31,859 nucleotides of DNA from Abditibacteriaceae bacterium (GTDB lineage: Bacteria > Armatimonadota > Abditibacteriia > Abditibacteriales > Abditibacteriaceae). Positions 26,786 to 31,859 of this stretch are shown in pieces (the stretch's first letter is position 1; each line of letters begins with the position of its first letter). The stretch lies in the NCBI GenBank assembly GCA_031372065.1, contig JANMKN010000225.1:1-31859 (forward strand). Reading direction: 5' to 3'. The notes under the pieces were generated by a model, which saw only the letters and a program-made list of their open reading frames with translations, made no database searches and was not told the DNA's origin. Position numbers and translations under genes: made by a program.

Positions 26786-29700
26786 TTAACCGGAAGCGTC
26801 ATCGTCCAGAATAGTGCCTTGGCCTTGACCATCAAGAATGGTCGCACCCGCAGCATTGCTCAAATCCACGGTGAAGGTTTCGTCGTTTTCATGCACGGCG
26901 TCGCCTACCACCGCGACGGTGACGGTTTTGCTCGTCTCGTTTGGTGCAAAGGTTAGCGTGCCAGCTTTACCGCTGTAATCGCCCGGTTTCACCGCGCTGC
27001 CGTTGCCCGTTTGATACGAGACCGTCACCGCTTGGCCGCTGACCTTCGACAAACTTACCGTGAAAGTGAAGTTCGTCGTGCCGCTGCTGCCTTCGGCCAG
27101 AGTCACATCGTTAATCGAAAGTTTAGGCAAGGCGTCGTCGTTGGTGAGGACTTGCGTGCCCGTCTTGCTGCCTAAGGTGCCAGAAGTCGCCGAGAGGAGT
27201 TGCAAGCGAATCGTTTCATCGGCTTCGGGCACCGTGTCACGCTGCACTACAAACGCCACAGCTTTGTTGGTTTGGCCCGGTGTGAAGGTCAGCGTGCCGC
27301 CGCTGCCGCCGGGAGCGGTGTAATCGCTGCCGTAGGTCGCCGTGCCGCCAAAGCTGTAAGTCACAACCACCGTTCTGCTGCTGGCAGCCGACAATTGCAC
27401 CGAGAAGTGCAGGCTTTGTATACCGCTGTTGCCTTCGTTGATGGTGGGCAAATCGGCGGTGGAAACGGTGGGCGCCGGATCATTATCGTTGATGATGGCC
27501 CGCCCACCCAAAATGCCGCTGTTGGCGCGAATGCCGGCTTGATTGCTGTTGGACAACAGCAGCCGGAAGGCTTCTTGCAGTTCGTTTGCGCTGTCGTCCA
27601 AGACCGGCACGCTGATGGTTTTGCTGGTTTCGCCCACGTTGATGGTGTAACTTGTGGTTGCCAACCCGGTGTAATCTTTGCCTGCCAGGGCCGAGTAGTC
27701 TTGGGTGGCGGCATCGAAGGTGATGGCGCGCAAGGCCGGACTGCCCAAACTCACCACAAAGTCGGCATTGACCCCGCCTACGGTTTCAGTGACGGTGGGA
27801 TTGCTCACACTCAGCACTTCGGTTTCAAAGGCGCCGATGTCGGGCTTGCCGCCGCTGGGTTGCGGGCGCGGAAAGCCGCGCTGATCGGTAGCCAGAGCAT
27901 TAGCGGGATTGGCTTTGCCCAGCGCCAGACTGCCGGGCAAAAGCGCGATGGTCTTGGTCGGCCCGCCATTGTTGGCTAAGGTGCCGAGGAGAGGATCAAT
28001 CGGCGCGGCGTTGGTGCCGATCTGGTTGCCGCTCGTGCCGTTGGTGATGCCAGTCAGGTCGGTGCCGTCGCCAATCAGGTTGTAGCTACTGGCTGCTTCC
28101 AGCGCGCCGATTACGTCGGCGGTGTTGCCCGCGCAAATGGTGTTGTTCAGCGTCGCCGTGCCGCCACTGTTATCAACGCCCTTGTTATTGCCGCTGATGG
28201 TGCAGTTGGTCACCGTCGCCGTGCCCTCGCTGTAGAGGCCGTAGGTGTTTCCACTCAGGGTGCAGAAGGTCAGCGTCGCCGTGCCATATCTTTCGAGGCC
28301 GTAGGAGTTGCCACTCAGGGTGCAGTTGGTCACCGTCACCGTGCCCTCGTTGTAGAGGCCGGTGGTGGTGTTTCCACTCAGGGTGCAGTTGGTCACCGTC
28401 GCCGTGCCATAGTTTCCTATGCCGTAGGTGTTGCCACTCAGGGTGCAGTTGGTCACCGTCGCCGTGCCATAGTTGGTGAGGTCGGTGAGGCCGTTGCTGA
28501 TGGTGAGGCCGCTGGCCGTGAAGGTTACTCCTGTGTTCACCTTCAAAATATCGAACGAGTCTGTCACTCCATCAACCGTTACGCCCACCGCCGGGCCGGT
28601 GATGGTCGTGGCGGTCGTGATGAGCAACTCGCCTCCCGTCAGCGTGATCGTCTTCGCCGTGGCAAAGAATGTTGGGTCGAAGGTGATGGCGCTGGCGTCG
28701 GCGTTGCTGTTGGCGTAGGCGATGGCCTCGCGCAGCGAGGTCAGGTTGTCCGTGTTGGTCGAGTTGTCAATGTTGGTCGTCACGATTAGCGACGGCGTCT
28801 CAACGGGCGGCGCCTGCACTTCGTAAGCACCAATGTCGGAGCCGTCGCCACCCGCGACTAAGGCGGTGCCAACCGGACGGGTCAGGCCGCGCTGATCGGT
28901 GGTAGCGCCGAATTTGAAGCCCTTGTCAATGGCCGGGCTGCTGGTTTGCAGCGCCATCGTCTCGGTCGGGCCGCCATTGGGGGCCAGCGCACCGAGCAGC
29001 GGGGCAATCGGGCTGGCGCTGGTGCCGATCTGGTTGCCGCTCGTGCCATCGGTGATGCCAGTCATGCCGGTGCCGTCGCCGATCAGGTTGTAACTGCTGG
29101 TTCCGACGACCGCACCTGCGATGTTGGGGCCAGTGGTGGCGGCGTTGCCAGCCACAATCGTGTTGTTCAGGGTGACCGTGCCGCCGTCATTGGCGATGGC
29201 GCCACCGCGCGCACCAGTCCCGTTGGAATGGTTGCCGGAGAGGGTGCAGTTGGTCAGTGTGGTCGAGCCGGAGCCTTGGTAGAGGGCGCCGCCGACAGCA
29301 AAGTTAAAGTTCTGGCCCGAATCGTCGGCGTGGTTGCCGCTGAGCGTGCAATTGACGAGTGTCAGCGTTGCGCCGTTATTCTCGATGGCGCCGCCTTTGG
29401 TGTCATCGCCGCCATTGTTCTTCAGGGTGCAGCCCGTCAGCGTCACATTAGGCGTGCCGCCAAAGTTGAACAGGGACAGCGCACTACCGGAAGTGAAGGC
29501 TCCAACATGGCCGTTGGCGAACGTCAGGTCGCGCAGGTTCACAGCGATGCCGACGCCGAAGCCGTAGACCTGCATGATTTTCATGCTATCGCCGCCGCTG
29601 ATCGTTACTCCTGCCGCCGGGCCGTTGATGTCCACGGCGCTGGTGATGGTAAGCGGCCCGTTGCTCTGGTTCAGCGTGATGGTCTTGGCCGTGGCGAAGA

Positions 29701-31582
29701 AGGTGGGATCGAAGGTGACCGGAGTCGGCTGGCCGTCGTTGGCGGCGAAGGTGACCGCTTCGCGCAGCGAGGTCAGGCCGTCGGAGTTCGTCGAGTTATC
29801 AATGTCGGTGTCCACCACCAACGAAGACGCTTCGGTGATGTTGATGTTGAGCGTGGCGGTGTTGCTATCGTCCAGGCCGTCGTTGGCTTTGAAAGTCACG
29901 CTCGTCTGTCCTGCCCCAGCTGGCGTGCCGGTGACGGTGCCGTCGCTATTGAGCGTCAGGCCGTCCGGCATGGTGCCGGTGACCAACGAGAAGGTCAGGG
30001 TGTCGTTGTCGCCATCGTTGCCGGTGACTTGCTGGTTGCTGAGGGCCACGCCTTCCTGTCCGTTGACCGTCTGCGGTGAGTTGACCGTCGGCACGTCGTT
30101 GGGCAGGGACTGCGCCTCGAAGGCGCCGATGTCGCTGCCGTCGCCGCCGGTGGCGTTGGGATAGGTGGCGTCGGCCAATTCCTTGGGCCGCAGGTTGCCG
30201 CGCTGATCCACGCCCAGCGGGCCGATGTCCTTGCCTTTGTCCACCGCCGGGCTGCCTTTCTTCAGGCGGACGGTCTTGGTCGGGCCGCCATTGTCCTGAG
30301 CGCCCTGCGGGTCGAGCTTGGCATCAAGCGGCGAGCCGGTGGTTCCCGTCTGGTCGGCGCCGGTGAAGCCGGTAGCGGACGCAGTCAGCACGCTGATGAG
30401 GTTGAAATTGTTTGAACTGAACGCGCCGAAGACGTCCGGCCCTGCGGCAGTGCCTGGGGTAACGTCGCTACTGCCCGAATTCGCGTTGTTGATCGCCACG
30501 AGGGTGTTGCCAATCGTGACTGTGCCCACCGAGAGGATGCCGCCGCCGCTGGCGTTGCCGCCGGCTCCTACGTTGCTGAAGGCGTTGTTGTAGCCGCCGA
30601 TGCCGCCGCTGGCCGTGTTGCCAGCGATGGTGTTGGAGGTGAGCGTCAGCGCCTGCGCGCTGTAAATGGCGCCGCCCGCGCCGTTGCCGCCCGCGCCGCC
30701 AGTCCCACTATTTGAAGGGCTGTTACTGAATCCGCTGCCGCCGCCGCTACCGCCGGAAGCGGCGTTGCCGTAAAAGGTGCTGTTGGTGATGGTGACGCCG
30801 CTCGGCGCGTCGGCGTAAATCGCGGCGCCTTGCGCGGCGGCGCCGGGGCCGCCCGGCTGGAAGCCACTTGTTTGGGTGTTGTTGATATACGCCCCGTTGC
30901 CGCCGCTGCCGCCGCTGGCGTAGTTGCTGGAGAAGGTGCAGCGCTGCACGGTCAGTTGCGGCCCCGTGCTGTAAATCGCGCCGCCCTGTCCCAGTCCGCC
31001 GGAAGCAAGCGAGCCGGTGCCGCTGCCGCCCTGAGCAAAGTTGCTACTGAAGGCGCACGCGGTGAGGGTCAGACTGCCCACGTTGAGGATGGCGCCGCCC
31101 TGTCCGACAGCACCGGTCGCGCCATTGGCACCGGCGGCTTTGCCGTTGCTGATGGTCAGACCGGAGATGCTGACAGTATTGCCGGTGGTGACGTTGAAAA
31201 TCCGATAATTGTTGTTGGATTGGGCTTCGCCGTTCACCGTCAGCAGGTTGGCGCCGGGGCCGGTGATAGTGATGTTACTGCTCAAATTGGGCAGCACCGT
31301 CGTCAGTTGAATGGTCTGCGCGCTGGCGAAAACTGTGGCATCGAAAACAATCGTATCGCCCCCGCTGCCCGCCATGGAGCCATCTACGCTCGCATCGGTA
31401 TTGGCCGCATTAATGGCCTCACGGAGCGTAACCTGACCATCAACGGTGGTGTTGTCTGCCGTGCTGGTCACGGTAATCGTGGCGGCACGTCCGGCACCAG
31501 AAAGTGCCACCAAAGCCAGTAGCAGATACGGCAGAGGGCGCGTCTTCAAAGCGCGCAGCGATACGGCGAAGCGGTTCATCAT
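26786..31582 (-). CDS. Large secreted/surface protein: three CSLREA + beta-helix + choice-of-anchor Q modules, one putative Ig domain, three Calx-beta domains
   Basis: Start ATG 31582 after GAGGA, with signal peptide. TLREA/SLREA x3. NGGPT.T...SPA.DKG...DQRG...DIGA[FY]E x3. Ig unit D.DNDTLTFSLV.G.MPDGLTL..DG.V.GTP. Calx-beta units (LSINDVTLAEG..GTT.FTFTVSLS...V.VSY.T.NGSA..PGDY...GTLTF.P.ETSKT.TV.V.GD..E.DETF). Confidence 0.88.
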   Translation of the reverse strand: MMNRFAVSLRALKTRPLPYLLLALVALSGAGRAATITVTSTADNTTVDGQVTLREAINAANTDASVDGSMAGSGGDTIVFDATVFASAQTIQLTTVLPNLSSNITITGPGANLLTVNGEAQSNNNYRIFNVTTGNTVSISGLTISNGKAAGANGATGAVGQGGAILNVGSLTLTACAFSSNFAQGGSGTGSLASGGLGQGGAIYSTGPQLTVQRCTFSSNYASGGSGGNGAYINNTQTSGFQPGGPGAAAQGAAIYADAPSGVTITNSTFYGNAASGGSGGGSGFSNSPSNSGTGGAGGNGAGGAIYSAQALTLTSNTIAGNTASGGIGGYNNAFSNVGAGGNASGGGILSVGTVTIGNTLVAINNANSGSSDVTPGTAAGPDVFGAFSSNNFNLISVLTASATGFTGADQTGTTGSPLDAKLDPQGAQDNGGPTKTVRLKKGSPAVDKGKDIGPLGVDQRGNLRPKELADATYPNATGGDGSDIGAFEAQSLPNDVPTVNSPQTVNGQEGVALSNQQVTGNDGDNDTLTFSLVTGTMPDGLTLNSDGTVTGTPAGAGQTSVTFKANDGLDDSNTATLNINITEASSLVVDTDIDNSTNSDGLTSLREAVTFAANDGQPTPVTFDPTFFATAKTITLNQSNGPLTITSAVDINGPAAGVTISGGDSMKIMQVYGFGVGIAVNLRDLTFANGHVGAFTSGSALSLFNFGGTPNVTLTGCTLKNNGGDDTKGGAIENNGATLTLVNCTLSGNHADDSGQNFNFAVGGALYQGSGSTTLTNCTLSGNHSNGTGARGGAIANDGGTVTLNNTIVAGNAATTGPNIAGAVVGTSSYNLIGDGTGMTGITDGTSGNQIGTSASPIAPLLGALAPNGGPTETMALQTSSPAIDKGFKFGATTDQRGLTRPVGTALVAGGDGSDIGAYEVQAPPVETPSLIVTTNIDNSTNTDNLTSLREAIAYANSNADASAITFDPTFFATAKTITLTGGELLITTATTITGPAVGVTVDGVTDSFDILKVNTGVTFTASGLTISNGLTDLTNYGTATVTNCTLSGNTYGIGNYGTATVTNCTLSGNTTTGLYNEGTVTVTNCTLSGNSYGLERYGTATLTFCTLSGNTYGLYSEGTATVTNCTISGNNKGVDNSGGTATLNNTICAGNTADVIGALEAASSYNLIGDGTDLTGITNGTSGNQIGTNAAPIDPLLGTLANNGGPTKTIALLPGSLALGKANPANALATDQRGFPRPQPSGGKPDIGAFETEVLSVSNPTVTETVGGVNADFVVSLGSPALRAITFDAATQDYSALAGKDYTGLATTSYTINVGETSKTISVPVLDDSANELQEAFRLLLSNSNQAGIRANSGILGGRAIINDNDPAPTVSTADLPTINEGNSGIQSLHFSVQLSAASSRTVVVTYSFGGTATYGSDYTAPGGSGGTLTFTPGQTNKAVAFVVQRDTVPEADETIRLQLLSATSGTLGSKTGTQVLTNDDALPKLSINDVTLAEGSSGTTNFTFTVSLSKVSGQAVTVSYQTGNGSAVKPGDYSGKAGTLTFAPNETSKTVTVAVVGDAVHENDETFTVDLSNAAGATILDGQGQGTILDDDASG
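28188..28473 (-). repeat. In-frame tandem 60/63-bp repeats encoding beta-helix coils
   Basis: Five copies of ~CCACTCAGGGTGCAGTTGGTCACCGTCGCCGTGCC at 60-63 bp period, encoding GTATVTNCTLSGN plus variable linkers. Confidence 0.9.
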
Positions 31583-31613
31583 AATCTCATTCCTCGGCGG
31601 GCAATGGCCCAGT

Positions 31614-31672
31614 AACCCGTGCGGTAAAGAAAAAGCCGCAGGAGAAAACATTCTTCCTACGACTTACGGGTT
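31614..31672 (-). promoter_or_regulatory. Structured 5' leader with terminator-like hairpin upstream of the surface-protein gene
   Basis: Minus-strand RNA: AACCCGU AAGUCGUAGGA-11nt-UCCUGCGGCUU UUUCUUU ACCGC ACGGGUU. The stem has two G-U pairs and a U-tract follows. TATAAT lies at 31694-31699 on the minus strand. Confidence 0.5.
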
Positions 31673-31788
31673 GTTCGGACAAGCTGAATTACAATTATAC
31701 CCAATTATCCTGAGATTAAACATTGGGTTTGGGCAGGGCAATCGCCTGACAACTACTTTAAAGACACGAGAAATGATGGACACACCCC

Positions 31789-31817
31789 GTAGGGACGTGA
31801 TTTATAAAGTCCGCTAC
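31789..31817. repeat. GTAG-type REP-like imperfect palindrome
   Basis: GTAGGGAC GTGATTTATAAA GTCCGCTAC. GTAG...CTAC ends with complementary arms. Confidence 0.4.
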
Positions 31818-31859
31818 AGGAATTTTTTGCCGTCAAAGCCCAAACAACGGCGCAGTTTT

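Noticed and set aside
28188..28473. CRISPR-like pattern of conserved ~35-bp repeats with variable spacers
   Set aside because: Period is a multiple of 3, it is in frame inside a long CDS, the spacers resemble each other, the repeats are not palindromic and there are no cas genes.
26786..31582. Diversity-generating retroelement target (near-duplicate segments)
   Set aside because: Both copies are coding, differences are not adenine-specific and no reverse transcriptase is present.

Overview
Bacterial DNA dominated by a dense cluster of the uncharacterised planctomycete/PVC-type DUF1501 + DUF1549/DUF1553 (PSCyt2/PSD1) cytochrome-c system. It holds four twin-arginine DUF1501 paralogs, four DUF1549/DUF1553 proteins with different inserted domains, a cytochrome c-WD40 protein and a PPC-repeat protein. 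These form one six-gene minus-strand operon (14867->3109) and two divergent two-gene modules, each split by opposite-strand passenger genes. The left end carries secreted beta-helix glycoside-hydrolase-like genes followed by a 3' half of tRNA-Cys that looks like an integration (att) scar. The right end carries a ~1600-aa CSLREA/choice-of-anchor-Q/Calx-beta surface protein with a structured 5' leader. Mobile traces are an internally deleted IS1-family element (21080-21579) and a ~216-bp MITE with TIRs and a target-site duplication that encloses a palindromic GTCATTCTGAGC-type repeat. All domain calls come from motif recognition by eye, not database searches.
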